Assembly: GCF_009834535.1 (NCBI RefSeq) | Contig: NC_045696.1 | Span: forward strand, 119,600,001 to 119,664,000 | From: Camelus ferus | Lineage: Eukaryota | Reading direction: 5' to 3' | DNA: 64,000 nt | Part shown: piece after piece, positions 51,056-64,000 of the stretch | Layout of the letters: every line of letters begins with the position of its first letter | Numbering within the stretch: the first letter of the stretch is position 1 | Position numbers and translations under genes: made by a program | The notes under the pieces: model-generated | What the model was told of the DNA's origin: nothing | What the model saw: only the letters and a program-made list of their open reading frames with translations | Databases searched by the model: none

Positions 51056-54000
51056 TGGCATACTTCTTTATTTAGTCATTCTGTGGTATGTGGTGGTATC
51101 TCATTATTGGTAAAGTTTGAGGTTTTTTTGATAACTATGTCAAGTACCTTTTTATATGTTTATTAGATATTCATGCAACCTCTTTCATGAAGTACCTGTT
51201 AAATCTCTTGCCCATTTTTCATTTGATTTTTCTCTCTTTCCTAATTAATTTGCAGTAGTTCTTTTTATATTCTGGATAGGAACCCTTTGTGAGCCATATG
51301 TGTTGCAAATATCTCCTCCCATTCCAGTTTGCCTTTTCACTGTCATTGAACATGAGGTCTTCATTTTAACATGGCCAAGTTTTTCAGTGTTTCCCTTTAT
51401 TGTTAATGCTTTTGAGCTTTTGATACCTTAAGAAGTCTTTTGTTCACCTGAGTCATGAAAATAATATATTTGTTTCTGAGGGCTTTATCATTATGCTTTT
51501 TAAATTCAGCTTTATAATATACTGGTAGTTAAAGTAGGCATATGAAGTGAGGTAGTGGGGTTTCTTCCCCCCTTTTTCAAAATGGGTACTAAATTGTCCC
51601 AACACAATTTAATTGCCCATATTTTATTGAACTGTTTTCTTACTTTTGAATTTTGGAAGTCCTTTATATATTATGAATGCGAGTTGTCTGTTAGGTATGT
51701 GATTTGCCAGTGTTTTCTCCCAGTGTATGCCTTGTCTTTTATCCCCTTAACTGTCTTCCTCACAGCAAACGTTTTCCGTTTGGGTGAAGCTTAATGTATC
51801 AGTTTCATGGATTATGCTTTTGTTTTCCTATCCAAGAACTCTTTGCCTAACTTGCCTATTTTGTCCTACCTTTTATTCTAGAAGCTTCAAGATTTTGCAT
51901 GTGGCAGTTATGTCTATGATCCTTTAATGTTTGTGTTAGGTGTTACGTGTAGATCGACATTCGTTTTTTGGCACGCAGATATCCAGGATCATTTGTTGAA
52001 AAGATTGTTATCTCCATTCAGTTGATTTTGTACTTTTATCCAAAATCAGCTGATCATATTTGTGGGGTTGATCTCTGGACTCTTTATTTTGATTATATCT
52101 TCTCTTTTTCATACCACACTGCCTTGATTACTGCAGCTTTATAATAATTCTTGAAATCACACAGTGTAAGATCCCCAATCATGTTCTGGTCTTTCAGAAT
52201 TGCTTTGGCTATTTTTCATGTCTTTGACTATCCACATAATTTTAGGTTGTTAATATCCACTGTGAGTCCTGATGGGATTTTGATTTCTTTCGTGAGTGTT
52301 TTGTACTTTTCAGCACACAAATCTTGCAAAGTTTTGTTAGATTCATACCCAAGCATGTCTCTTTTCTTTCTTTCATCCTTTTATATTGTAAATGTACAGT
52401 TTTTAAAATTTTGATTTCTGGTTGCTAGTATATAGAAATACAGCTGGTTGCTTTTGTATGTTGACCTTGCATTCAGCAACTTTTCTAAACTCATTCTAGG
52501 ATTTTTTAAAAATATAGATTCTTTGGGATTTTCTCTGTAAATGAAAACCTATCTATGAATGGTGATAGTTTTATTCCTTCTTTTGCAATCTATATGCCTT
52601 TTATTTCTTTTCTTTGACTTACTTTACTGACTAGAACTTCCAGCATGAGAATGAATAGAAGTGATGAAAGCAGACAAACTTGCCTTGTTCCTGCTCTTAG
52701 AAGGAAAGCCTTCAGTCTTTTAACATTAAATAGGATACTAGCTGTAACTTGTAAATACCCTTTATCCAGCTAAGGAAATTCTCCTTTATTCCCAGTCTGC
52801 TGAGAGTTTTTTTTAATCAAGAAAAGATGTTGTTTTGTTAAATGTGATGATCATATGACTTGATTTTTTTCTCATTTGGTCTAAATATGTTGAATTACAT
52901 TGGTTGGTTCTGTTTGAAGGAGGCTTGTGATCCCAGAACAAGCCCTACTTGGTTGTGATGTGGTATTCTGTTCACGTGTTGCTGGAGTCAGTTTGCTGAT
53001 GTGTATCAGTAGAGGATATTTCTGTCTATGCCGATGAGCCGTATTAGTCTGCAGTTTTCTTGTGATATCTTTGCCTGGCTTTGGTGTCAGGGTAATAACA
53101 TGTTGGCTTCATAAAGTGGGAAGCATTCCCTCTTCTTCTGCATTCTAGATGATGTGCAGATTGATGTTACTTCTTCCTGAAATGTTTAGTGCAGTTTACC
53201 ATTGACAGTGTCTGGGTTTGAAGTTTTCTTGGAATGGTTTTTACCTATGAGTTCAATTTCTTTAAAAGGTGTAGGACTATCTGGGCTACCTGTTTTTCTC
53301 TTGATTACAGGATTTATATGCATAAAATTTTTCATAATATTCCCTTAATCTTTTTAATGTCTCTGAGGTATGTGCTGATAATCTCCTCTTTGATTCCTAA
53401 TACTGGTTCTGTCTTTCTTCTTCTGTCATTCTTGCTAGAGGATTATCTATTTTAGTGATCTTTTCAAAGAACCAGTTTTGGGATTAATTAATTTTCTCTA
53501 TTATTTTTCTATTTTTACCTTCATTGAATTCTACTCTGTCGTTTTTGTCCTTCTGCTTGCTTTGCGGTTATTTTATTCTTGTTCTAGTTTAAATGACAGA
53601 TTATTAATTTGAGAACTTCTTTTATAAATAGAAATATTTAATATGTAGATTGCCCTCTGAATACTGTTTTGACTTCATATCACAAATTTTTCTATATATT
53701 TTCATTTTCATTCATTTCAAAATATTTTCTAATGTCCCTTGAGGTTTCCTCTTTACAAGGGTTATTTAAAATTAGTTTTCTACTTTTATTCTACTTTATT
53801 ATCAAAGCATATACTTTGATATCCAAATACTTAGGAATTTTCCAAGCATCTTTCTGTTACTGAGTTCTGCTTTAATTCTGTTACGGCCAGAATGCATACT
53901 TGGTGTAGTTTCAGTTTATTTCAATGTGTTAAGGTATGCTCTTGGGTCCAGAATACGGCCTACTGTGATGAATGTTTCAAGTGCAGTTGAAAATAATGTC

Positions 54001-57000
54001 TGTTCTTTTGTTCTTAGGTCAAGTGTTCTGTAAAGATCACTTAGGTTCAGTTGATGGATAATGTTCAGTCATCCATACTTTTGCTTATTGTCCTGTTTAC
54101 TTGTTCTTTTGGGCACTGGGAGAGGCATACTGCAGTTTCTTATAATCGTAGATTATCTAGTTCTCCCTTCATTTTTTATCATTTTTTGCTTCCATAGACG
54201 TATGTACACATTAGTATTGTCAATTTTTTTTAATGAATTGACCCTTTTGCCTTTATGGAATGTTCATTTTCATCCCTGGTTATTTTCCATTTTCTGAATT
54301 CTTTCTCTGATATTACTAATACAGATATTTTAGCTGTCTTTTCATTACTGTTTGAATGGTACATCTTTTAACATCTTTTTAACTTGTAGCATAATTATAT
54401 TATTGTGTTTTAAATGGTTTCTTACAGACAGTGTATTATTAGGTATTATTTTTATATCCAGAATGATGATCTGTGTCTTTTAATTATTGTGTTTAGACCT
54501 TTACATTTAATAATGTTTATTGATAAGGTTGGATTTAGGCCCGCTGTTCTATTATTTTTGTTTGTGCTTTCTAACTTTTGCTCCTTTGTTTTTCTTTCTT
54601 TCTTTTGGATTATTTGGATATATTTAGTACTATTTTTGTCTTCTTACTGGCATTTTGACCGTATCTATGTTTATTATTTTCTTAATAGTTGCTCTAGGAG
54701 TTACAACATAAATACATATCCTTTCACAGTCTACTTAGAGTTAATATTTTAATCCCATAAAGTTAAAACCCAGAAGCCCTTACTTGCCCCTCTTTGTGTT
54801 AGAGTTGCTGTGTAATACATGTAATACACTGCACTCCTTCACAGGAACATTAGACATTTTTGTTTTCAGTTATTGTGTTTCCTTCATTCTTGATCTCTTT
54901 CCCTCTAGTATCATTTCCCTTCAGCATGAAAAAACCTCCTTTAGCATTTCTTGTAGACCAAGTTGGCTAGGAGTTCATTTCCTTTAGCTTTCTTTCATCG
55001 GAGAATGGTTTTATTTTGCCTTCACTTCTAAAGGATATTTTCATGTGGTACAGAATTCTTACTTGCTGGGTTTTTTTTTTTTTTTTTCCTTCAGTCTTCT
55101 GACCTCCACAGTTTATGATAAAAAAACCTAGTCATTTGAGTGTTTCTTTTGTATGTAACTTGTCTTTAAAGCAATCTGAGAAAAATGATTTTCCCCTTTA
55201 TCTTTGGGTTTTGACAGTTTGATTATGGTGGGTATGGTTTTCTTTTTATTATTCCTATTTAGTTCACTAAACTTACTGAATGTATAAATTTATGTCTTAC
55301 CAAAATTGGGAAATTTCTAGCTGTTATTTCTTCAAAAAAATTTTTTCTGAACCAGTTTCTTTCTCCTCTCCTGAGACTCCACTGACACAAACGTTAACCT
55401 TTGATGTTGTCCCAACTGGTATTGTATTAAATACAGAAATAGTCATACTGAAAATCTTCCAGATACAAGGGTCTTGTTTTTAAAGGTATTGACAGCTCTT
55501 GATACATAACTAAGGGGGAAATCCTCCTTTTGATTCAGCTGCTAAATGAAAGAAGTCGTAAGTTCCATAAAATCGCTGGAGTCTCATATTGCAACATCAA
55601 CGTGACTTTAAAACATTTTCACAATGTAATAAAACGGGTCATTTTGTTTCCCACGCCCCAGAAAGGTTTCTGTGTGTGGTATTTACAGAGCCACATTGAT
55701 CCCTACCCACCACAAATAGCCGTGTTTGTATACACCCAGCCTGCTGGAGTTATGCATGGGCTTTGAGATGAGATCACATCTTTCTAGTATAGCTGGTGAT
55801 TTAACTGGCATATTTCAAGTTCAAGGTGAAGCACCCCCACCAATTGTAGCTCGGTAATCTGACTCTTGATTTTTTTTAGTCCTACTCTAAATTAATGTTA
55901 AGGTTATAATATGTGTAATTCTCCAGTGTTGAATATAGATTTCTTTTTCTCAATCTGCTGTTACTGTATAAAATGTTATCTTGTGCTGAGGATTAGTATT
56001 TAAAGCTGAGTGAGGACATGTTTGGGTCGCCTTGTTTAGTATTTGTTTATGAGTGGAGCCTTCCCCCTTTTGCCACTCCACAGTACTAACACTTAGTCCC
56101 CAAGGTAAGCTCCATCAGGAAGGATGATCAGTGAAGTTACTTGTTACATGTATCTTCCTTGTTTACTAGTCAGAAACTGAAAATGTTAATAATTGGTTTA
56201 CATGTGTACGTCTTTCAGTTACATGTACTGTCTAGTAGACAATGTGGTATTTTTGTGTTTAAATGATTTATCTTATGATAGTCTCCTGCTTTATGCGATT
56301 CTCTCCTAAGAAATGAAAGTCTCTCCTCTTTGTAGACTTTGTACTATAAGTTTCACTTAATAGTAATTATCCTAAGTAGAGGGCTGTCAAAAAGAACATT
56401 AAGATTGTCATGCTGTAGAAAATTTTTCTAAAGTGGGACCATGCTTCTGCAGGTTAGGAGGGTGATGAATCCTTTGTTAACTGCTGTGATTTTTAAAGAG
56501 ATACTATTTTCTAAAATCTAACATATATCCAGATAGTTACAGCTGAACACAAACACATAAAGAATTATGGCTGCTGCACTGTTGCTGTTAACTTGTTTAA
56601 AGGGTAAGGAAGTGAAGAGGGACTTTGACTTGCAAGTCACACAAACTAGACTCTAACCTGTGTGTCCTTACACAGTCAGCCTCTCTGAGCCCTGCTTTCC
56701 TCATTTGTAAAATGAGGTGATTGAGCAAGATGATCTCTAAGGCTATTTCTGTTCCTAATATATTATTTTTGACATCTCTGTAAACTGTTCTGTGTGCTTT
56801 ATGAATTATATCACTGAAGCCTAGGTTATTTCACAGCAATTTAGGGGGAAGAGGGGAGGCTTCAGCAGATTTTAGCTTAGAATCCATTTAGTGATTCCAT
56901 TTTCTTTTACATTTTTCTTTTCAGTGGATAGTAACAAAATTGATTTAAATTTCTTCTGGAATAGGTGTCTTGCTTTGTTTTGATATTTCCCTCATACCAC

Positions 57001-57269
57001 GTTGTCCACAACACTCAAGTACCTGGGAAGAAAAAAGCATATCAAAGGCTCTGTAAGACACGAAGTGGCAGGAACTGTGGCTTCTGAGTGTTTGTTCACT
57101 TTCCTCTTTGTGTCGTGGGCAGAGCTCTGATTTTGTGGGGATGACTTATCCCCCACCTCATCCCAGGAAAACTGCGACCGAGACGCACTCGTGTGGTTCA
57201 CAGAGCAGGGGCCCCCACTGCGCCTCCCCTCACACCTCTCCACACATTGCAGGACACCTGGTTTCTCAG

Positions 57270-59985
57270 TACATCGTGTCTGGCTATCAAGAAAAAATTA
57301 TAAGACATATGAAAAGGCAAAAAAACAGAATTTGAAGAGAGATAGAAATCCTAAGAAAGAACCAAAAAGAAATGCTACAAATCAAAAACACTAACAGAAA
57401 AATGAAGAGTGCCTTTGATGGGCTTCTTGGCAGACTGCACACAGCTGAGCAGACAGTCTCTGAGCTTGAGGGTATCTGACTAGAACCCTCAAAACCAAAA
57501 AGCAAAGAACAAAGACTGAAACAGAGGACAGAATATCCAAGGATTGTGGGATGGCTACAAAGGTGTAACACTCTTGTAAGGACTATCCAAAGGAGAAGAA
57601 AGAGGAAAGGAACAGGAAAATATTTGAAACAGTAATGAGTGAGAATTTCCCCAAATTAATGGCAGGACAACAAACCAGAGATCCAGGAAGCCCAGAGAAC
57701 GCCAAGCATGATAAATGTGAAAAACAAGCAAACAAAAACTCTACCTAGACATACCATTTTACAAACTGCAGAGCATCCAAGAAAAATGTCCTGAAAGGAG
57801 CTGTCACAGATACTATGATCATCTAGGTAGGAAATCTAAAAGAATGGACCAAAAACCTCCTGAAACTAATAAGCTGTTATTACAAGGTTAATTTACATAA
57901 CTCGGTTGCTTTCCTGTATAGTAGCAATGCACAAGCGGAATTTGAAGTTAACAACACAGTACCATTTACATTAGCACCCAAAATGAAATAGTTATAAACA
58001 CAACAACGTATACAGGAGCTATATGAGGAAAACTGTAAAACTCTGGTGAATGCAATCAAAGAACTAAATAAATAGATATTCTGTGTCCATGGTTAGGAAG
58101 ACTCAACACTGTCAAAATGTCAGTTCTTTCTCGCTTGATCTGTAGAGTCAGTGCAAACCCAGCCAGTGTCCCAGCAGGTTACTCTGTGGGTGTCTACTGA
58201 ATGATTCAAAAGTTTGTATGGAGAAGTAAAAGACCTAAAATAGCCAACACAATATTGAAGGAGAAGGTCAAACTTCAAGAACTGACACTATCAACTTCAG
58301 GTCTTAGTGTAAAGCTTCAGTAATCCAGGAAATGTGGTAAAGGTGAAAGAACAGATAAATAAATCAGTGGAACAGAACAGACAGCCCAGAAATAGACCCG
58401 CATAAATATAATCAGTTGAGCTTTGACAGAAGCGCGAAGGCAGTACCGTGAAGTAGTCTTTTCAGTAAGTAGCACTGGAGCAAGTGAACATCCTCCTGCA
58501 ATCAATCGATCAGTCAGTCAATAAATATTTATAAATAAGGTCTAGAAAAACCTTTCACCCTTAACAAAAAGTAACTCCAAATGGGTCACACACCTGAAAG
58601 AATTGTTCAGAACTATAAAATTCCTAGAACACAATAATAGGAGAAAAGCTAGATGATCTTGTGAATCTTGTGTATGTCAGTGTCTTTTTAGACATACACT
58701 GTCCTTGTATATCTGTGTATTCAAGGCACAATCCTTGAAAGAGTTAATAAGCTTGACTTCACTAAAATTAAAAACCTATGCTTTGTGAAAGACAATGTTA
58801 AGAGAATGAAAAGACAGGCCACAGTACGGGAGAATATATTTGCAAAAAGATAAATCTGGTAAATAACTGTTAACCAAAATATGCAAAGAACGCTGAAAAC
58901 TCAACAGTAGGAAAACAATCAACCCAATTTGAAAATGAGCCAAAGACTTTATCCGCTTCACCTTTCATTCAGGGAAATGCAAGTTAAAACAAGAATGAGA
59001 TCCCACTGCATACTTATTAGAATGGCCAAAATCAGGAACACTGACAATACTTAGTTCTGGTGAGGACGTGGGGCAGCAGGAACTCTCAGTCATTGCTCGG
59101 TCATTGAAATGCAAAATGGTGCAGCCACTTTGGAAGACAGTTTGGCAGTTTCTCGCTGTCTGTCTGTCTGCTTCTCTCTGTCTCTCTGTCTTTTGATGAA
59201 GAAACTGTATTTGGTACCTGTAGAAGAGACAAACAGTGGTGGCTCAAGGACGTGGAGATCTTCTGGGGTCAAAGGCAGAGACTGGCAGTTTTTAAAAGAA
59301 CTAACCATACTCTTAGCATATGATCCAGTCATCATATTTACCCAAATGGGTCAAAAACTATGTCCACACAAGCACCTAAACATGGATGTTTATAGCCACC
59401 TCATTCCTAAGTTCCAAAACTTGGAAGCAACGAAGATGTCCTTCAGCGGGTGGATGGATAACTACACTGTGGCGCTTCAGACAATGGAATATTATTCAGC
59501 ACTAAAAAGAATGAGCTATCAAGCCGTGAAAAGACATGGAAGAACCTTAAGTGCATATTACTAAGTGAAAGAAACCAGTCTGAAAAGGCTACATACTGTA
59601 TGATTCCACCTGTATGACATTCTGGAAAAGTTAAAACTATGGAGACAGTAAAAATATGAGGGGTTGGTGGCGGGTGGAACTGAATGGACAAAGCACATAG
59701 AATTTTTAGGGCACTGAAAATACTCTGTGATATCATAATGGTGGATATGTGTCATTAAACGTCTGTCCCAGCCCATAGAACTTACAGCACCAAGGGTGAA
59801 CCCTGAGGCTCTGGACTAGAGTGATCATGATGTGTCAGAGCAGGTTCGTCAGTGTAACAAATGTGCTGTGCATGTGTAGGGCAGAAGGTACGTGGGAGAT
59901 CTCTAGACTCTACCCTCACTGTTGCTCTAAACCTAAAACTGCTCTTTTCAAATTTCATTAATTAATTAGTTAATTAGTTAAAATA
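57270..59985 (+). mobile_element. L1MC-type element: ORF1 remnant joined to ORF2 3' half and 3' UTR
   Basis: ORF1-like gaaaatatttgaa...gagaatttccccaaatt; ORF2-like ctcctgaaactaataag, ggaagactcaa, acaatggaatattattcagc; 3' end aaacctaaaactgctct. Confidence 0.88.
59152..59282 (-). mobile_element. Unidentified 131-bp retroposed insert inside the L1MC
   Basis: Flanked by TGGCAGTTT (59143-59151, 59283-59291); decayed simple-repeat tail at left; L1 resumes after the second copy. Confidence 0.7.
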
Positions 59986-60873
59986 GACACACAGGGAAAG
60001 ATGTCTTCCGCTGGACATTGTTTGGGGTGAACTAGCTTGGGACGAGCCTTTACGTTGTAGTTATAACATGGTTGTGGTTGGCAGCAAAGTGGAAACGTAG
60101 GATTTTCTGAGAGGTACCTGGATGATGTGCTTGAGTTGCTGAATCAGCTAGCTTCGGCCCTCCTCTGTGTGAGAGTAAATGTTCTTTATTTTTGAAACCA
60201 TTATAAATTGGTGTTTTTCTGTACTTTAAAATTACACAGGATACAGTTAAAACACTAATTGTAAACATCAATTTTTTGTTTTAAAAGATGGTGTTGCTTT
60301 TAAAATCTCACTAATATGTTGAACTAAGAGAATAACTTTTCTCCCTTTTCCCTGCCTTCCTTTCCCTTCCCCAGAATATATTCATAACTGTGTCCTTTTA
60401 CCGAGATGAGGGAGAAGTCATGTAAAATCTCCCTGTCTGCTGTCATCCAAAGTGATTGTGTCAAAAACTAAACATTTCAAGTTCCTGTAGATTTTGAATT
60501 GCGCTACTACTTGACTAATTTTTATCTATCTTGTGAGTTTTGTCTATGAGTTTGATAAATTCAGGCCAGCAAATTTTTATTGACCATCCATTTGATTGCT
60601 CTGACCTTTAAAAAGTTTGGATCACATTTGTTGTTCTGAAGAGATTAGGATTTGTACAGCGTCCCTTGCTGTGTGTAAGGTATATGATTTGAGATGAAAT
60701 GTTTTTTCTTTTTAGTTTAACCAGCACAATTAGCTCATTATATTGTTTAAAATGTAGCTGATTATTATATATTCACTGGTGAGTTTTCTGGTATACATTT
60801 TCTTGTTAAGTGTTTTCAGAAGCTTAGGAGTTTAGACAATTCATACCTCTGCAAAGTCTCTGGTTCTTAAATA

Positions 60874-61871
60874 CAGTTGACCCTTGAGCAACGTGGGGAT
60901 AAGGGGAACTGACCCCACCCCCCGCTGTGCAGCCGAAAATCCTTGTATAACTTTTGACTCACTTGAAACTGACCACTAATAGCCCACTGTTGACCAGAAG
61001 CCTTACTGATAACAAACAGCTGATTAACATATATAATGCATATACTTGTAATATATACTGTATTTTTATAGTAAAGTAAGCTAGAGAAAAGAAAATGTTA
61101 TTAAGAAAACCATAGGAAGAGACAATACATTTACAGTGCTGTGCAGTACTCAGCAATACTGTTAAGTTTATGGCGTCTGCTTACAGAATGAACCAGCTGT
61201 CACCACCTGCATCAGTACTGTCTTGCATGGTACAGAACACTAGATGTTACGCTTATAACTAACACTGGGCATCAACAATGAAAAGATGCTATGAAAAAGA
61301 AATTGGTATTTATTTAGAGAGATAACAGTTCATGCCCTGATGCTGAAGAAGCCCCAGTATGATTGCTTTACAGCAGCCTGGTAGTCAGTTGTTTCCCGGT
61401 AGCCTAGCCTGTACACTGAGGAAGGAATGATCACGAAATTGTTACGGCATACAACATTATAGTCATATTTGTAGTGTAGTATTGGAAACATTGTTACATT
61501 TTTTACACTTGTCTGTTTTGATTGGCTGATAACACAGCTTCCCCAATTACGAGAGGGAGATGAATCCTGTACAGTAACGTAATTCTTTGATAGCAAAGTT
61601 ATAAAACGGTAAGAAAACTAAAACATTATTTATATTAAATATCACTAACCTTATGTCTGAGTAAGGGCAGACTAGTATCTAGATATATTTTGTGCATTCA
61701 TGACATACCTGGCTTTTTCTTAGTTTTTTCAGTGTATCTAAACTACATGGTTCGTCTGCAAGTTTTCAAATTGTCACAGATCTCCAAAATGTTTTCCAAC
61801 ATGTTTACTGAAAAAAATCGGCAAAATGTGGACCCACGCAAATTCAAACCTATGTTGTTCAAGGACCACTG
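60874..61871. mobile_element. Tigger2-family DNA transposon deletion derivative (about 1 kb)
   Basis: TA|cagttgacccttgagcaac TIR and gttgttcaaggaccactg TIR; internal taatagcccactgttgaccagaagccttactgataaca and gtaagctagagaaaagaaaatgttattaag. Confidence 0.9.
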
Positions 61872-62471
61872 TGTGTAGAATCCTGGATCTCTGGCTAATG
61901 CAGCTTTTCTTAAAGGAACGGAAGGAAGGACAGCTTGCTTATTTCCTGGTCTTTCCTCAGCCCTTCCTTCTCCTTTCTGTGCAGATACAGAGGGACGAAG
62001 CTGACGGGTGGGTGGCAGTGACAAGCTAGTGTCGGGGAAGCCCAGCCTCCAGCCTGTGTTGCTGAGCAGTTTCCTTGCAGTAGTTTTGTTTCTTTCAAGA
62101 TGCACAAGAGAAGCCACAGCTGGTCAGGCTTTGAACAAAGTGAGATTGAACTGATGGCTTGCTTTTAGTTGGTCAGCTGTCAGTAGAGTGTTCTGGTGAG
62201 GAGTCTGAGCGTGGAAGCAGTTTCCTCTTCTTCAAGAACAGTGCATGCTGAACTCCACAAGAATTTTGCAGAGTAGAACAGATGTGTCGAGGGCTTTATA
62301 CAGGGCCTACCACAGAATGACAATCTCTCCTGAGAAGCCGCTCTCTGCACGTGGTTGCTCTGGGCCCTGCCGTGTTAGTAAATGTGGCTCCTCCAGCTGC
62401 TCTGGCTTGATCGGTACACAGGTGAGCGACTAACCAAAGTGCCCCAGCCCCAAAGTGGGTAGCAATCACTG

Positions 62472-62476
<5 letters not shown>

Positions 62477-62526
<50 letters not shown>
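62477..62526. repeat. (TC)25 microsatellite
   Basis: Directly visible; explains the ERERER ORF. Confidence 0.97.
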
Positions 62527-62533
<7 letters not shown>

Positions 62534-62974
62534 CTTCTGATGTGTATAGTTTTCCCATCTCTCAGGATAGTCAATTAAAAGAGCTAAAGCTATTTTTTGG
62601 CTTGCTTTTATTTGGGGAGGGTGAATAATTTTTTGCAGTCCTAATCATATGCACAAAATATCTTTTCAGAGTACCACATAAGAATGGTAAGAATAATGTG
62701 TATACTTCAGTGAATATGATCAAAAGCTGTGTGATCAAATGAGTTAAGTTTTCTGAGTCTGTTGTATGTACTTAATAATTCTAGTTGGGGTTGTTTTGGA
62801 ATACTCTGTGGAGGTGTAATGGTTTCTTTAAAAACTGACTTAATACCTAAGAAATATTTTCTTTTTTTTTAATGGGCACCTGGATTTGTGAAATGCCTGG
62901 TATGGGGAATTACTGCAGTGTTTTCAGCTGATTGAAATGTTATCTTTATGTTTTTTTATTTTACTTTTGGAAAC

Positions 62975-63150
62975 ATGTGGGATCTGATCCTGTCAACCCC
63001 TGGTAGATAGTGTCATAATCGGGTAGAGTTGTAGGACCACCAGCAGGTGTTGGAGCATTGCTTGATGTGTTGGGGGGAAACCCACACATGGGAATTGGAT
63101 TCAGAACCCTTGCATAGTATTGCACTGTGTGTGTGTGTGTGTGTACAACT
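62975..63150 (+). mobile_element. MER21-like LTR 3' fragment ending in (TG)n
   Basis: gggatctga...ggtagatagtgtca...gaccaccagcaggtgt...gggaaacccacaca. Confidence 0.6.
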
Positions 63151-63718
63151 CGAAGACCTCTCATCTGCACACTTTCATAACTGGTAATTGATAAGCTAAT
63201 TGAAGTCTGACAGGGGGAAGCATCTAAAACAATCTTTAAGCATTTTGCTGTAACAGTGTGTATTTACCAGCCATTTTGGGGGGGAATTGGGCCAGGGCTT
63301 TTCCCCCGACAGCGCGAAGTCCCCTGACGGGAGTGCAGTGTTACCTTCCTCGCAGGGACCGTTAGTCTTACCCAGGAAACAGAATATTGGTTCATCATGC
63401 AAGTCAGTTAAATGAAGGTTGGTTAAGAGCTGCTTGTGTTTCATAATTTTAGATAAGCATTCCCTTACTGGTGAGTATTTAAATTGTTTCCAGCATTTTG
63501 ATTTAAGTATCTATAAATGGGTATTTGATACCTTTATCGAAAAAAAAAAAAAAAAGAAATTCTTTGAGGTGAAATTCATGTGTATACAGGGATATTCATT
63601 TTTTCATTCTAATAAATTTTTCTAAAGGGAATCTTAAATGTTTTATCGAATGATTTTCAATATTTAATTGTAGTAGAGTAGGATAGGTAGAATTTTTCTT
63701 TTAAAATTAACCAGTTTG

Positions 63719-63955
63719 CTGGGATTTCAAAATTTGTAGATACTCCCAGGTATACACAGAATAGATAAAGAAGATTATACTGTGTAGCACAGGGAAATAT
63801 ATACAAGATCTTATGGTAGCTCACAGCGAAAAAAAAATGTGACAATGAATATATGTATGTTCATGTATAACTGAAAAATTGTGCTCTACACTGGAATTTG
63901 ACACAACATTGTAAAATGACTATAACTCAATAAAAAATGTTAAAAAAATTAAATT
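63719..63955 (+). mobile_element. Young camelid L1 3'-end insertion
   Basis: tagcacagggaaatatatacaagatcttatggtagctcacagcg...gactataactcaataaaaa; TSD aaattaacca(g/a)tttg at 63704 and 63956. Confidence 0.9.
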
Positions 63956-64000
63956 AAATTAACCAATTTGTTCCTTAGTTTTTCCTCTCTACAAATCAGG

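Larger units (their letters stand above)
50155..55410 (-). mobile_element. Composite old L1 (L1MC/MD/ME-type) fragments, about 5 kb
   Basis: Continuous antisense L1 motifs from the 3' UTR (50160-50800) through ORF2 (cttgccttgttcctg, ggctttggtgtcagggta, ttttcaaagaaccagtttt) to the inter-ORF/ORF1 region (aaggatattttc...agaattct). Confidence 0.85.
1..64000 (+). other. ANKRD28: ANKRD28 gene body (intron 1, internal alternative first exon, exon 2, part of intron 2); canonical exon 1 and exon 3 not found in the window
   Basis: Exon at 38387-38470 translates to the ANKRD28 N-terminal sequence as I recall it. No MAFLKLRDQ or DNEKRTPLH coding sequence was seen, so the flanking exons are inferred to lie outside the window. 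Confidence 0.85.

Noticed and set aside
57780..57830. Abrupt jump from L1 ORF1 to mid-ORF2
   Set aside because: Internal deletions are common in old L1MC copies; not informative.
59109..59564. 151-aa ORF
   Set aside because: Decayed L1 ORF2 sequence read through the 131-bp insert.
1..64000. Prokaryotic-type systems (CRISPR arrays, operons, rRNA)
   Set aside because: None seen; the sequence is mammalian intron, and the short ORFs in the track are repeat-derived or random.

Overview
Mammalian genomic DNA, very probably camelid (alpaca/llama/camel), judged from the tRNA-derived vic-1-like SINEs and the young L1 3' ends. The whole window appears to lie inside the + strand ANKRD28 gene (PP6 regulatory ankyrin-repeat subunit A). 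It holds the distal part of the long first intron, an internal alternative first exon encoding MSRVCIVVLEEVEDESPAFVSELPRESKSLPSPPLGNVL (37127-37243), the 84-nt exon PSLVQAIFNGDPDEVRALIFKKEDVNFQ (38387-38470) and most of the following intron. The rest is mostly old L1M/L2/MIR/MaLR/MER21/Tigger/Charlie debris plus a few young insertions with target-site duplications (TSDs). The most unusual structure is a 299-bp inverted duplication (29559-29857 vs 30580-30878, one mismatch, 722-bp spacer). Its original arm contains a 100-nt candidate poison exon with near-consensus splice signals, so the pre-mRNA could fold a long dsRNA stem over that exon. A twin-primed, 5'-inverted L1 sits 46 bp further on. 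Other leads are a 27-nt stop-containing microexon candidate, an in-frame acceptor inside the alternative first exon, and an unidentified 131-bp retroposed insert. Repeat subfamily names and boundaries are by eye and approximate; no searches were run.
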